Assembly: GCA_964520325.1 (NCBI GenBank) | Contig: CAZFOB010000017.1 | Span: 1,898 to 65,897 of the forward strand | Reading direction: 5' to 3' | Source of the DNA: an uncultured Actinomycetes bacterium | GTDB lineage: Bacteria; Actinomycetota; JAICYB01 | DNA length: 64,000 bases | Shown: positions 1 through 9,616 of the stretch, in pieces | How the letters are laid out: each line of letters starts with the position of its first letter | Numbering within the stretch: the stretch's first letter is position 1 | The notes under the pieces: generated by a model | The model's database searches: none | Told to the model about the DNA's origin: nothing | Seen by the model: the letters and a program-made list of their open reading frames with translations, nothing else | Program-made: the position numbers and the translations under genes

Positions 1-624
1 ACCGCATTGCACCGCACTGCGCAGCAACGACTTCCCGTTGTTCTTGTTGGAGCCGGCCTGCCGCAGTTGAGAGGTCGAACGGGTCGAGCCAAGTCTTACG
101 CCGAGCGCCTTTTCGATTTTCCCGAGGTAGGGCCCCTTCCACCCGACGCGGCGAAGCGGGCCATCGCGAAGCCTGCGGCTGATGAAGGAATCGAAGTGAC
201 TCCTGCGGCCTTGGATCGGATCGTGAGGGAAACACACGGCTATCCGTATTTCGTGCAGGAGTGGGGTAAGCACTCCTGGGACGCCGCAGATACGTCGCCG
301 ATAACAGAGGAGGACGTTGCGCGGGCATCAGCGACAGCGATTGCTGCGCTTGATGAGAGCTTTTTCCGGGTTCGGTTCGACCGGCTCACACGGGCGGAGA
401 AGCGGTACCTCAGGGCGATGGCCGAGCTGGGTCCCGGACCTCACAGATCAGGGGACATCGCGAAGGTGGTGGGTCTAAGAGTGACTTCCCTCGCTCCAAC
501 CAGGAGCCAGTTGATTGCGAAGGGCATGATCTGGAGTCCCAACCACGGTGACACTGCATTCACGGTTCCCTTGTTCGACGAATTCATGCATCGGATCATG
601 CCCGGTGACGACTGGAGAGAGTAA
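1..624 (+). CDS. ATP-binding protein of the archaeal-ATPase/AAA family with a C-terminal winged-helix-like domain; 5' end lies outside the window
   Basis: The ORF is open from the window edge. Its translation (…GYPYFVQEWGKHSWDAAD…, …LTRAEKRYLRAMAELGP…) resembles C-terminal regions of Arch_ATPase/DUF234-type ATPases. Confidence 0.45.
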   Translation, partial: TALHRTAQQRLPVVLVGAGLPQLRGRTGRAKSYAERLFDFPEVGPLPPDAAKRAIAKPAADEGIEVTPAALDRIVRETHGYPYFVQEWGKHSWDAADTSPITEEDVARASATAIAALDESFFRVRFDRLTRAEKRYLRAMAELGPGPHRSGDIAKVVGLRVTSLAPTRSQLIAKGMIWSPNHGDTAFTVPLFDEFMHRIMPGDDWRE

Positions 625-713
625 GCGTGTGGAATCGATCGGTGAGGCAGACCGTGGAGAAACCTTGTTCGATCGCGTTCGTCGGTAGTCGCCCGTAGCA
701 TCGGTTCACCGGC

Positions 714-2357
714 ATGCGTCGTGTCCTGCTGATCCCCCTCGTTCTGCTCGCGCTTTCGACCGACGTTACCTCGGCCGGCGCGCAGGTCGGCGGCCCTATC
801 GGGTCGCCTGTGTCTTTTCGTCCGAAGCCCGGAACCACCATGACGCTCGAGGGCAATGGACCATTCCGGGGCTCGCTCGAGGTGCGCCGGGAGGGCGGAG
901 CGCTCACCGTCGTCAATCAGCTCGACCTCGACCACTACGTGCGGGGAGTGCGCGAGGTGCCGGGGTCGTGGCCGATGGAGGCTCTCAAGGCCCAGGCAGT
1001 CGCCGCGCGGACGTACGTCCTGTGGGAGATCCAGAAGGGGTACTGGAAGCAGTTCGGATTCAACGTGTGCGGGACGGTGAGCTGCCAGGTCTACCAGGGT
1101 GCGACCGCGGAGCTCGGGGAGCGCGGACGCCGATGGTCGGCGGCCGTCACGGCTACTGCGAACCAAGTGCTTCTCGACACGGACGGCCGTCCGGCGCTCA
1201 CGCGGTACCACTCGTCATCGGGCGGACGAACGCTCGCCAACGAGGTCGTCTATCCGTCCGACGGTGAGCGTCCGTACCTGAAGGGTGTCGACGATCCGTT
1301 TGATCGCGTCTCCCCATTGCACGAATGGAAAGTGTCGTTCAAGCGAGAAGACCTCCAGCGCATCCTTCGCGAGGCGATCAGCCTGCAGGGTGAGCTCGTC
1401 GACATCTCTGTCGATCAAACCTCGCGGACGATGACGCTCGTCACGCGCGGCGGCGAGCTCGAGATGAGCACGGTGCGGTTCCGGCGCGAGATGAGCGAGA
1501 CCGCTCCGAAGGTGTTGCCCGAGCTGTACCCATCGCTGCGCAGCGACGGCGAACGGATGCCGTTCGCGATGCCGTCATCGCGGTTCGAGATCGAAAAGAC
1601 CGCCGGCGGGTTCGTCGTCCGCGGGCGCGGCTACGGCCACGGCGTCGGGATGAGCCAGTACGGCGCGCTCGGCCGTGCGCAGGACGGTCAGTCTTACCGG
1701 GAGATCCTCGCGGCGTACTACGGCGGACTCGCGCCCACGATGTGGAGAGGAGAACGCACCGTCCGCGTAGCCGTCGTGCGCGGCGTCGGGAGTATCCGCG
1801 TGACCGGCAACGGCGCGTTCGGTGTCTCGGCTGGTGCGCAGCCGCTGGCCTCCTCGACGCTCGGGGGCTGGGCCGCGACGTCGTCCGGCGTGCGCTCGAT
1901 CATGGTCGTGCCGCCGCTGGGACACGCGCTGCCGCTCGCGCTGACCGGCGTGCGTTCACCCGACGAGGTCGTCGTCGACCAACCGGAGAGCGGACGCAAC
2001 ATCGAGATCGGATTCGTGGTGCCCAAGTCTGCGCAGGTGACGGGTGTGGTGACGCGTGACGGCGAAGAGGTCGCACGGGCGAAGATGGTCGTCGAGGCGG
2101 GGGAGCGGCTGCTTCGCATCCCGCTCGATCCCGCCAAGCTCGTTCGCAAAGCGTCGTACGACGTCAAGCTCAGAGCGTTCGACGGGACGAAGACGGTGGA
2201 CGCCGCCGCGACGGTCACGCTCATACGTCCGTCATCGGATCTCTGGAAGGTTGTGCTTTCCGCGCTGTTCGCGCTCATCGTGTTCGTGATGTGGCGCCGC
2301 CGCGTTATGGGCCGCCGCGTTCCCACAACGCGCGCGAACCGCTTGAACGACTCTTAG
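714..2357 (+). CDS. SpoIID/LytB domain protein (cell-wall amidase enhancer family) with N-terminal signal peptide and C-terminal TM anchor
   Basis: Signal peptide MRRVLLIPLVLLALS…. SpoIID-type motifs include LDLDHYVRGV, AARTYVLWE, GFNVCGTVSCQVYQG, RYHSSSGGRT and GHGVGMSQYGA. Confidence 0.8.
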   Translation: MRRVLLIPLVLLALSTDVTSAGAQVGGPIGSPVSFRPKPGTTMTLEGNGPFRGSLEVRREGGALTVVNQLDLDHYVRGVREVPGSWPMEALKAQAVAARTYVLWEIQKGYWKQFGFNVCGTVSCQVYQGATAELGERGRRWSAAVTATANQVLLDTDGRPALTRYHSSSGGRTLANEVVYPSDGERPYLKGVDDPFDRVSPLHEWKVSFKREDLQRILREAISLQGELVDISVDQTSRTMTLVTRGGELEMSTVRFRREMSETAPKVLPELYPSLRSDGERMPFAMPSSRFEIEKTAGGFVVRGRGYGHGVGMSQYGALGRAQDGQSYREILAAYYGGLAPTMWRGERTVRVAVVRGVGSIRVTGNGAFGVSAGAQPLASSTLGGWAATSSGVRSIMVVPPLGHALPLALTGVRSPDEVVVDQPESGRNIEIGFVVPKSAQVTGVVTRDGEEVARAKMVVEAGERLLRIPLDPAKLVRKASYDVKLRAFDGTKTVDAAATVTLIRPSSDLWKVVLSALFALIVFVMWRRRVMGRRVPTTRANRLNDS

Positions 2358-3355
2358 TCGTCGGCGATGCCCTTGCGGGGACAGCTGTCGCCGTCGCCGC
2401 AGGGGAAAAGCTTCTGCACACCGAGAGCGTCGCCGAGAGCTGGCGTGCGCTTCGATGTCTCGCCGTACTCAGCGAAGCCGGACATCGTCTGATGCACGTC
2501 CTGTTCGGAATACACGTCGAGCAGACCGAGCCAGTGGCCGAGCTCATGGGTGACGATCGAGCGGATATCGAAGCTGTGCCGGCTCTCGGGCTCTGATCCG
2601 ATGTCCTCCCAGTGATAGGTCACGTTCAACGCGAGATCGGCGTCGCGCACGATGCGTCCCGTCTTGTCCATGCACACGCCCGCTTGGGCGATGACCTGTG
2701 GGTCGAACCGTCCCCAGGTGATGACGTTCGTCCCGTCGTCGCAGCTGCCGTCCTTGCCGATCCCGCCGTACGGGGCGGTGGTCGTCCCGGCGTTCTGGAA
2801 AACGATGTTCGAGTTCCAGCGGCTCCACTCCCGCATCGACGATGCGACGGCCGATTCCAGCAGACCTTTGGGTGCGCGCAGGTTCCTGCGTCCTTCGTCG
2901 TTGAACTTCCACGAGATCGCGGCTGCGCCGTTCTCGTCGGTCTTCCATCTGGCATTGCGCAGGACGTATGACGGGCAGGTCGACGCCTTTGCGCACGGAC
3001 CCGACGGTCCACCCTCGGGCGGCGGGCCTCCTCCGTCGAAGACGTCCCGATCCTCGACCCGGATGCCGCGGTCGACGGTCACGACTTCGACCGGCTCGGT
3101 CTTTCTCGCCTCGGGCTCTCGCGCCTCAGGCTTGCTCGACTCGGGGGCCGCGGCCCAAGCGACCGGATGCTCTCGCGCAACTTCTCTCGCAACCTTCGGA
3201 GTCGACGAAGCAGCTGCCTGCTCGGGTGCCAGCACCGTGATGAGCACGCGTTCGCCCGCCTGGGTCTGGGTCACCGGGGCTCGGCCCGGAAGCAGCACCG
3301 AAAGGGCCACCGCGAGGATCGAGCCGGCGATCAGGGTCAGTCGTCCGCTCCGCAT
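2354..3355 (-). CDS. Secreted matrixin-like (M10 family) zinc metalloprotease
   Basis: HELGHWLGLLD zinc-binding motif (HExxHxxGxxD). Start chosen at the internal Met (MRSGRLTLIAGSILAVALSVLL) that gives a signal peptide. The ORF as printed extends to 3466 and would overlap murA. Confidence 0.7.
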   Translation of the reverse strand: MRSGRLTLIAGSILAVALSVLLPGRAPVTQTQAGERVLITVLAPEQAAASSTPKVAREVAREHPVAWAAAPESSKPEAREPEARKTEPVEVVTVDRGIRVEDRDVFDGGGPPPEGGPSGPCAKASTCPSYVLRNARWKTDENGAAAISWKFNDEGRRNLRAPKGLLESAVASSMREWSRWNSNIVFQNAGTTTAPYGGIGKDGSCDDGTNVITWGRFDPQVIAQAGVCMDKTGRIVRDADLALNVTYHWEDIGSEPESRHSFDIRSIVTHELGHWLGLLDVYSEQDVHQTMSGFAEYGETSKRTPALGDALGVQKLFPCGDGDSCPRKGIADD

Positions 3356-3411
3356 CCCGGGCAGGCTACCGTCGATCGACGACGCTTGCGCGCGGGTAGG
3401 CTCCCTCGGAT

Positions 3412-4689
3412 ATGAGTCATGCCTATCTGATCGAGGGCGGGCGTCCACTTTCCGGTGAGGTGACATGCTCGGGCTCCGGCAAGAACAGCGCCCTCAAGAT
3501 CCTCGCGGCCGCGCTGCTCGCTCCCGGGACGTTCACCATCCGGCGCGTCCCCGATATCGCCGACCTGCGGTGGTTCTCCGATGTGCTCCGTCACCTCGGG
3601 GCCGACCTGACCTACGACAACGGGACTGTGACGCTTACCGTCCCGGAAGATCTGGGCGTCGAGGCCCCCTACGAGCTCGTGACGCGGATGCGTGCGTCGA
3701 CGGCAGTGCTGTCACCGTTGCTTGCGCGACAGCATAAAGCGTTGGTCGCCATGCCCGGCGGCGACTTCCTCGGCCCCCGTCCGATCGATCTGCACCTCAA
3801 GGGACTCGAAGCGATGGGGGCCGAGGTCAAAGTGGTGCATGGAGTGATCGATGCATCCTGCGACGGCTTACACGGCGGAACCGTCCGGTTCGACTGGCCG
3901 AGTCACGGCGCCACCGAGAACATCCTCATCGCGAGCGCGATGGCAACAGGTCGCACCGTGATCGAGAACGCGTCGCGCGAGCCAGAGATCATCGACCTCG
4001 CGACGTTCCTCACCAAGATGGGCGCCTCGATCGACGGCGCCGGCACGAACACGATCACCGTCGACGGTGTCGAGCGCCTCACTCCCTGTGACTACGAGGT
4101 GATGCCCGATCGTCTCGAGGCAGCGACGTTCCTCTTCGCGACCGGTGCACTCGGCGGGGACGTGACGGTCAAAGACATGCGTCCGGAACATCTCGAGATG
4201 GTGCTTGAGAAGCTCGCCGAAGCCGGTGCGCAGCTCGACATCGGCGCCGACAGCGTGCGCATCAGGATGGACGGACGTCCGAACCCCGTCGACGTGTCGA
4301 CACTTCCGTACCCGGGCTTCCCGACCGATCTGCAGCCGATGGTCGTCGCGATGCTCTGCCACGCCGACGGTATGTCGATCGTGACCGAGAACGTCTACGA
4401 TGCGCGCTTCTTCTACACCGACGAGCTTGCGCGCATGGGAGCCGACGTCAAGGTGACCGGACACTACGCTGTGATCCGCGGCGGAGCCCAGCTGACGGGT
4501 GCACCGGTGCGTGCCCACGATGTCAGCGCCGGTGTCGCGCTCGTGATCTCGGGACTCGCGGCCGCCGGCACGACGACGGTTGAGGAGATCATCCACATCG
4601 ACCGTCGGTACGAGAATCTCGAGGGCAAGCTCTCGGCCCTCGGCGCGAACATCCAGCGCGTTCCGCAGACCGTCGGAACACCTTCATAA
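3412..4689 (+). CDS. murA: UDP-N-acetylglucosamine 1-carboxyvinyltransferase
   Basis: 425 aa, typical MurA N-terminus (LIEGGRPLSGEVTCSGSGKNSALKILAAALLA) and full-length similarity. Confidence 0.9.
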   Translation: MSHAYLIEGGRPLSGEVTCSGSGKNSALKILAAALLAPGTFTIRRVPDIADLRWFSDVLRHLGADLTYDNGTVTLTVPEDLGVEAPYELVTRMRASTAVLSPLLARQHKALVAMPGGDFLGPRPIDLHLKGLEAMGAEVKVVHGVIDASCDGLHGGTVRFDWPSHGATENILIASAMATGRTVIENASREPEIIDLATFLTKMGASIDGAGTNTITVDGVERLTPCDYEVMPDRLEAATFLFATGALGGDVTVKDMRPEHLEMVLEKLAEAGAQLDIGADSVRIRMDGRPNPVDVSTLPYPGFPTDLQPMVVAMLCHADGMSIVTENVYDARFFYTDELARMGADVKVTGHYAVIRGGAQLTGAPVRAHDVSAGVALVISGLAAAGTTTVEEIIHIDRRYENLEGKLSALGANIQRVPQTVGTPS

Positions 4690-4696
4690 TCAGGTT

Positions 4697-5113
4697 ATGC
4701 CCCGCTTCCCCGGCCCCGAATGGCTCATCGCATACGCCGAAGCGATCGAGGGCAATGACGACCTCCGCGAAGCCGCACGAGCGTGGGAGGGCGACATCAC
4801 GCTCGTCGTCGAAGCCGAGCCGGACAAAGGCGTTGCGGACGACGTCTGGGCGTGGTTCGACATCTCCCACGGCGACTTCAAGGGGGCCAAGCTCGTCGAT
4901 GCCGATGCCGGTGAGCGTTCGCGGTTCGTGATCAAGGCGACGTACTCGGTGTGGAAAGAGGTCATCCAGGGACGCATCGATCCCATCCGCGGGATGACCC
5001 AGGGAAAGCTCCGTCTGTCCGGTGACCTTCCAGAGATCACCAAGCACATGCGCGCGGTGTCCGAACTCGTGTCGATCGCCGCAAGCATCTCGACGGAGTT
5101 CGCCGATGAATGA
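4697..5113 (+). CDS. SCP2 sterol-carrier-like domain protein
   Basis: Internal ATG (MPRFPGPEWL…) directly after the murA stop. SCP2-like C-terminus (…GMTQGKLRLSGDLPEITKHMRAV…). Confidence 0.65.
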   Translation: MPRFPGPEWLIAYAEAIEGNDDLREAARAWEGDITLVVEAEPDKGVADDVWAWFDISHGDFKGAKLVDADAGERSRFVIKATYSVWKEVIQGRIDPIRGMTQGKLRLSGDLPEITKHMRAVSELVSIAASISTEFADE

Positions 5114-6116
5114 GACGACGGGCGATGCGCGCAGCGCAGCGCCCAGCGGGAAAGGAGGTCCGGGTCGCGTGGCCGATCTCGTCGACGGACTTCGCAACGG
5201 CGATCGGCGCGCCGTCGCCCGTCTCATCTCCCTCGTCGAGGACGGCGCGCCCGAAGCGTCCGAAGCCATCCGCGAGGTCTATCCACTCACCGGACACGCA
5301 TCGACCATTGGGCTCACCGGCGCTCCTGGCGCAGGTAAGTCGTCGTTGATCGACGGACTGTTGCGGCTGGCACGGGGTGAAGGTCTCTCCGTCGGCGTGA
5401 TCGCGTGTGATCCGACGTCCCCGTTCTCAGGCGGTGCGTTGCTCGGAGACCGCGTCCGCATGCAGACGCATGCGCTCGACGAGAAGGTGTTCATCCGTTC
5501 GATGGCCACGCGCGGACATCTCGGTGGACTCTCGCTCGCGGCTCCCGAAGCGATGCGCGTGCTCGAGGCGGCAGGCTCCGAGGTGGTGATCGTCGAGACC
5601 GTCGGGGTCGGACAATCGGAGGTCGAGGTCGCGAAACAGGCCGACACCACGATCGTCGTCCTCGCACCCGGCATGGGCGACGCGATCCAAGCCGCCAAGG
5701 CCGGTGTGCTCGAGATCGCCGACATCTTCTGCGTGAACAAGTCGGACAAGGACGGTGCGAACGAGACCGCGCGTGACGTCCGCGGCATGCTCGAGCTCGG
5801 TCACGGACGCGATCCTTCTTGGGAGATCCCCATCGTGATGACGTCGGCCGTCAACGAAGACGGCATCGACGAGCTGTGGGCCGCGATCCGAGCACACGAG
5901 GAACATCTCGCGCAAGACGGACGTCTCGAGGTCCGCCGGCGCGAGCGCTTCGCCGCAGAGATCCGAGAGATCGTGGGGGAGCGATTGAAGAGCGCACTCG
6001 AAGAAGCTGCGGGAGCCGATGTGTTCTCGAAGCTGACCGACGAGGTTCTGGAGCGGAAGCTCGATCCATATTCGGCAGCCGATCAGCTCTTGGAACGGTT
6101 CGGGATCAAGACGTGA
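5106..6116 (+). CDS. meaB: Methylmalonyl-CoA mutase-associated GTPase MeaB/ArgK (G3E family)
   Basis: Walker A GLTGAPGAGKSSL. Full-length MeaB-like sequence (VIACDPTSPFSGGALLGDRVRM, VETVGVGQSE, CVNKSD). ATG overlaps the upstream stop (ATGAATGA). Confidence 0.85.
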   Translation: MNETTGDARSAAPSGKGGPGRVADLVDGLRNGDRRAVARLISLVEDGAPEASEAIREVYPLTGHASTIGLTGAPGAGKSSLIDGLLRLARGEGLSVGVIACDPTSPFSGGALLGDRVRMQTHALDEKVFIRSMATRGHLGGLSLAAPEAMRVLEAAGSEVVIVETVGVGQSEVEVAKQADTTIVVLAPGMGDAIQAAKAGVLEIADIFCVNKSDKDGANETARDVRGMLELGHGRDPSWEIPIVMTSAVNEDGIDELWAAIRAHEEHLAQDGRLEVRRRERFAAEIREIVGERLKSALEEAAGADVFSKLTDEVLERKLDPYSAADQLLERFGIKT

Positions 6117-6123
6117 GGCCAAC

Positions 6124-6918
6124 ATGAGACTGGAAGGCAAGGTGGCGATCGTCGTGGGGGCCGGGCAGACACCCGGCGAGACGATCGGCAACGGGCGCGC
6201 TACCGCACTCCTCTTCGCTCGCGAAGGGGCGAAGGTCATGGTCGTCGACCGTAGGCTCGACTCCGCGCAACAGACCGAGAAGCTCATCACCGACGAGGGC
6301 AACGAGGCGTTCAGCTTCGAAGCCGATGTCACGAGATCCGACGACTGCGCCGGCCTCGCGAAGGCTTGCACCGATCAGTGGGGACGTATCGACGTCCTGC
6401 ACAACAACGTCGGGATCGGCGGCGAGGACGGAAGCGTGCTCAAGCTCGCCGAGGAAGCGTGGGATCGCATCGTCGACACGAACCTCAAGTCGATGTTCCT
6501 CACGTGCAAGGCCGTCCTGCCGGCGATGCGCGAACGGACCTCGGGCGCGATCGTGAACATCTCGTCCATCGCGTCGATCTGCTCGGTTCCGATGCTCGCG
6601 TACAAGGTCTCGAAGGCCGGCGTGAACGCGCTCACGCAGCAGATCGCGATGGGCAACGCGCGCTACGGCATCCGCGCCAACGCGATCCTGCCGGGCCTGA
6701 TGAATACGCCGATGGCGATCGATGCGTGGGTGCAGTCGACGGGGATCTCACGCGACGAGATGGTGCAGATGCGGGACAAGCAGGTGCCGCTCGGCCATAA
6801 GCAGGGCTCGGCCTGGGATGTGGCCCACGCCGCGCTCTTCCTCGCTTCGGACGAGGCGAAGTTCATCACCGGCGTGCTGCTCCCCGTCGATGGGGGCCAG
6901 AGCGCCAAAGTGGGCTAA
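6124..6918 (+). CDS. SDR family NAD(P)-dependent oxidoreductase
   Basis: GKVAIVVGAGQTPGETIGNG Rossmann motif, NNVGIG, catalytic Y-x3-K (YKVSKAG). Confidence 0.85.
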   Translation: MRLEGKVAIVVGAGQTPGETIGNGRATALLFAREGAKVMVVDRRLDSAQQTEKLITDEGNEAFSFEADVTRSDDCAGLAKACTDQWGRIDVLHNNVGIGGEDGSVLKLAEEAWDRIVDTNLKSMFLTCKAVLPAMRERTSGAIVNISSIASICSVPMLAYKVSKAGVNALTQQIAMGNARYGIRANAILPGLMNTPMAIDAWVQSTGISRDEMVQMRDKQVPLGHKQGSAWDVAHAALFLASDEAKFITGVLLPVDGGQSAKVG

Positions 6919-6941
6919 CGCGAGATGTCGGGCTGACTGGT

Positions 6942-6963
6942 ATAGTGGTCAAGAGACCACTAT
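6942..6963. promoter_or_regulatory. Inverted repeat ATAGTGGTC-aaga-GACCACTAT overlapping the ATG of the downstream two-gene module (candidate operator)
   Basis: Perfect 9-bp arms with a 4-nt spacer, read directly. The right arm ends on the start codon at 6962. Confidence 0.4.
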
Positions 6964-7441
6964 GGCGACGGTCATCCAACGTGCAGACGGTCGGTTCGAG
7001 ATCCGCGAGAGCCTCGTCACGCCGAAAGGCCCCCGGAGCCGGACGCTGGCGATCTTCTCGTCGCTGTCGGTGGGCGTCCTCGACAGGGCGCAACGGCGGG
7101 CGACGCGTCCGTTCGACCGAGCCATGGTGCGGCAACGGGCGATGCGGATCGGCGCTCCATGGACGGGCCCCTCGGCGTTGGCCGAGTCACGCGCGGTGCT
7201 GGCTGCGCTGGCGTCCCGTGAGCTACCCGCGACGTTCGTGGCCGCGCTTCGTGAGTCGACCGCATCGAACGACTCCGATCTTCCGGACACGATCCCGTCG
7301 ATGCTCGAGTGGATCGGCGCGAGCGACGAACAACGCGGGCGAGCGCTTCGCGAGCTTCTCCGGTTCGCGGATCGGGTCCAACGCTCGAGGGGCGTATCGC
7401 CGCGCCGCGACCTCTTTTATCCGCCCATCCGGGATCTGTGA
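6962..7441 (+). CDS. Hypothetical protein (160 aa), first gene of a two-gene module
   Basis: ATG at 6962 in the frame of ORF 6722..7441. Upstream in-frame residues are Arg-rich junk. Stop TGA at 7439-7441, 1 nt before the GTG of the next gene. Confidence 0.5.
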   Translation: MATVIQRADGRFEIRESLVTPKGPRSRTLAIFSSLSVGVLDRAQRRATRPFDRAMVRQRAMRIGAPWTGPSALAESRAVLAALASRELPATFVAALRESTASNDSDLPDTIPSMLEWIGASDEQRGRALRELLRFADRVQRSRGVSPRRDLFYPPIRDL

Positions 7442-7442
7442 G

Positions 7443-8024
7443 GTGTCGACCTCGCCGCTGCTCGACGAGAAGGTCGTGGAGATCAGCGAGACATTGAGGC
7501 GAGCTGATGTGCGGCATGCCTTCGGCGGCGCCATCGCGCTTGCGTACTACGCCGAGCCTCGTGCCACCCTCGATATCGACATCAACATCTTCGTTGATGC
7601 CGAGCTCGCGAAGCCCGTTCTCGAACGCCTGGCCGACATGGGAATCGTCGCGAGGCCCGATGACGGTGACCCGTTCGAGAACGTCCTGCGGTCGGGACAG
7701 GTCCGTTTGATCTGGGATCGAACCCTCGTCGACCTGTTCTTCGTGAACCACGATTTCCACCGGGCGTGCGCGAAGCGTGTGAGGGAGGTGTCGCTCGTCG
7801 ATAACGAGATCACGATCCTCGCCGCCGAAGACCTCGTGATGTTCAAGATCGCGTTCAACAGACGCAAGGATTGGCTGGACATCGAGCAGGTGCTATTCGC
7901 AACTGCGGGTAGCTTTGACCTGAATCACCTCCGGACGTGGGCTGCCCGGTTCTTCGACGCCAACGACCCGCGACTGGTCGATCTCGAGGAGGTCATCGAC
8001 CGCATCCTCGGGCCGGAGGCGTGA
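7443..8024 (+). CDS. Nucleotidyltransferase-fold protein (AbiEii/DUF1814-like GG[ST]AL…R.T.DIDI motif)
   Basis: HAFGGAIALAYYAEPRATLDIDINIF matches the pol-beta-type NTase signature. GTG start 1 nt after the upstream stop. The N-terminal part of the printed ORF 6945..8024 is Arg-rich out-of-frame noise. Confidence 0.55.
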   Translation: MSTSPLLDEKVVEISETLRRADVRHAFGGAIALAYYAEPRATLDIDINIFVDAELAKPVLERLADMGIVARPDDGDPFENVLRSGQVRLIWDRTLVDLFFVNHDFHRACAKRVREVSLVDNEITILAAEDLVMFKIAFNRRKDWLDIEQVLFATAGSFDLNHLRTWAARFFDANDPRLVDLEEVIDRILGPEA

Positions 8025-8062
8025 CGCGAACCTCGTCGGCTTGGCGGTATACCGGTGTCCCG

Positions 8063-8470
8063 CTAGCTCCATAGGCAGAACGGATGACCGGCGGGATCGA
8101 GCATCACGCGCAACCTGCTCGGGTCGCGGTCGGCCGGTTGTGGTGACGCCTCGCTCGCGCCAAGCTCGATCGTCCGCGCGACAGCAGCGTCGACATCGTC
8201 GACTTGGATCTCGAAGTGCATCATCTTCGGCGGCTCGGGCACTCTCTCCGGCCACACGGGACGCACGTACCAATCTTCGGCCTGCACGAGGATGTCCATC
8301 CCGCCACCCGAGTGCCCCATGGCAGCCCAGCGCGGTTCCTTGCTGTAGACGTGCATCCCGAGCATGTCGCGGTAGAGAGCGACGACGCTCTCGAAGTCGT
8401 CAGGCGCACAGTCGATGCAGACCGCGTTCCAGGTGAAACGCGGGCTCTGCGGCTCGAGATCCGACGTCAT
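8063..8470 (-). CDS. VOC (glyoxalase/bleomycin-resistance) family protein
   Basis: 135 aa. Glyoxalase-like fold signatures. Paralogue of the next gene (shared …DPAGHPFCLWS C-terminus). Confidence 0.7.
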   Translation of the reverse strand: MTSDLEPQSPRFTWNAVCIDCAPDDFESVVALYRDMLGMHVYSKEPRWAAMGHSGGGMDILVQAEDWYVRPVWPERVPEPPKMMHFEIQVDDVDAAVARTIELGASEASPQPADRDPSRLRVMLDPAGHPFCLWS

Positions 8471-8472
8471 CG

Positions 8473-8937
8473 TCAGCTCCAGAGACAGAACGGATGGCCA
8501 GCGGGGTCGAGCAGTACCCGCAGCTTGCTCTGATCTCGGTCCGCGGGTTGCTGAGCGGCTTCACGTGCTCCCAGGGAAAGGGCGCGAACTACGGCGACAG
8601 GGACGTCGCCCACGTTGATCTCGAAGTGCATCATCTTCGCCCGCTCGGAACCGGTCTCGGGCCAGACCGGCGGCGCGTACCCATCCTCTGCCTGCACGTT
8701 GATCTCCATGCCGCCAGCAGACGACACCAACTTCGCCCAGCGCCCGTCGATGTCGGCAACCCGAAGCCCGAGGAGTTCGCGGTAGAACGTGACGACGCTC
8801 TGGAAGTCATCCAGCGCGCAGTCGATGCAAATGGCGTTCCAGCGCCACCACGTCTCATGCGGACTATCAATCGTCACGACGGCCCAATCATGACCTGACG
8901 AACGCTCGCGGTGAAGCTCACGAATGCGAAGCTGCAA
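8473..8937 (-). CDS. VOC family protein (tandem paralogue)
   Basis: About 60% identical to the 8063..8470 product. True start probably the internal GTG near 8877. Confidence 0.6.
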   Translation of the reverse strand: MQLRIRELHRERSSGHDWAVVTIDSPHETWWRWNAICIDCALDDFQSVVTFYRELLGLRVADIDGRWAKLVSSAGGMEINVQAEDGYAPPVWPETGSERAKMMHFEINVGDVPVAVVRALSLGAREAAQQPADRDQSKLRVLLDPAGHPFCLWS

Positions 8938-9032
8938 GGTGGGAAGCGGTTAAATGAAGCTGGGCCGCCTGGCGGTGATCTAGGCGGCCTTGTGCCGCCT
9001 AAGGCGACGACTGTGCTCCAAGAACCATCCGG

Positions 9033-9518
9033 TCACCCGGTAAACCTGATCGTTACAACGTCGAGCGGGGGCCCGGCGATCTGCATGCCGCGGGCGTCGA
9101 AGATCGCATTCGCTTCGTCGGGAGTAGGCAGGCGGCCCATCGTCGACGCGTCGTCGACGAATCCATCGAAATCCCCAGCGGGTTGGAGCACGAAGATCAT
9201 GCTGCACGCTTCCGTCCCGAGAGGCGCCCACGTGTGCACGATCTTACGTGGCGCCAACAACGAGTCACCGACCTTTGCTTCATATAGCTCGCCACCGACC
9301 TCGATGGCGAACGACCCCTTCGTGACGTAGAACCACTCGTCTTGCTCGTGATGGAGATGACGAGGGGGGCCAAAGCCGGTCACGTTCGGGATCTCACCAA
9401 CGAAGAGCTGCCCGTTGCAGTCCTCGCCCGACACCTTCGTCGCGAAGAGATTCGCGCCCCACATCTGCACACTGGGTCCGAACCGATGCGTTCCTGCCGG
9501 CACGAACAACGCGGTCAT
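9033..9518 (-). CDS. Cupin domain protein
   Basis: Cupin motifs (HHEQDEWFYVTKG … GDSLLAPRKIVHTW). Start at the internal Met MTALFVPAG. Confidence 0.7.
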   Translation of the reverse strand: MTALFVPAGTHRFGPSVQMWGANLFATKVSGEDCNGQLFVGEIPNVTGFGPPRHLHHEQDEWFYVTKGSFAIEVGGELYEAKVGDSLLAPRKIVHTWAPLGTEACSMIFVLQPAGDFDGFVDDASTMGRLPTPDEANAIFDARGMQIAGPPLDVVTIRFTG

Positions 9519-9616
9519 GATCGTTCCCTTCTTCGACTGTTCAGGCGGACCGGTCCTCGCCATGGACGCCCATCCACGACGATTAGACTTCACGTCTATT
9601 CAATTAGATTTGGAGT

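Noticed and set aside
6722-6961. N-terminal extensions of printed ORFs. Examples are 6722..7441, 6945..8024, 2354..3466, 4580..5113, 5022..6116, 9033..9593, 17151..17963, 17858..18568, 19664..20458, 25210..25803 and 53072..54688.
   Set aside because: The upstream parts are Arg-rich or lack family similarity. Internal starts give canonical N-termini, RBS or ATGA/GTGA coupling to the preceding gene.
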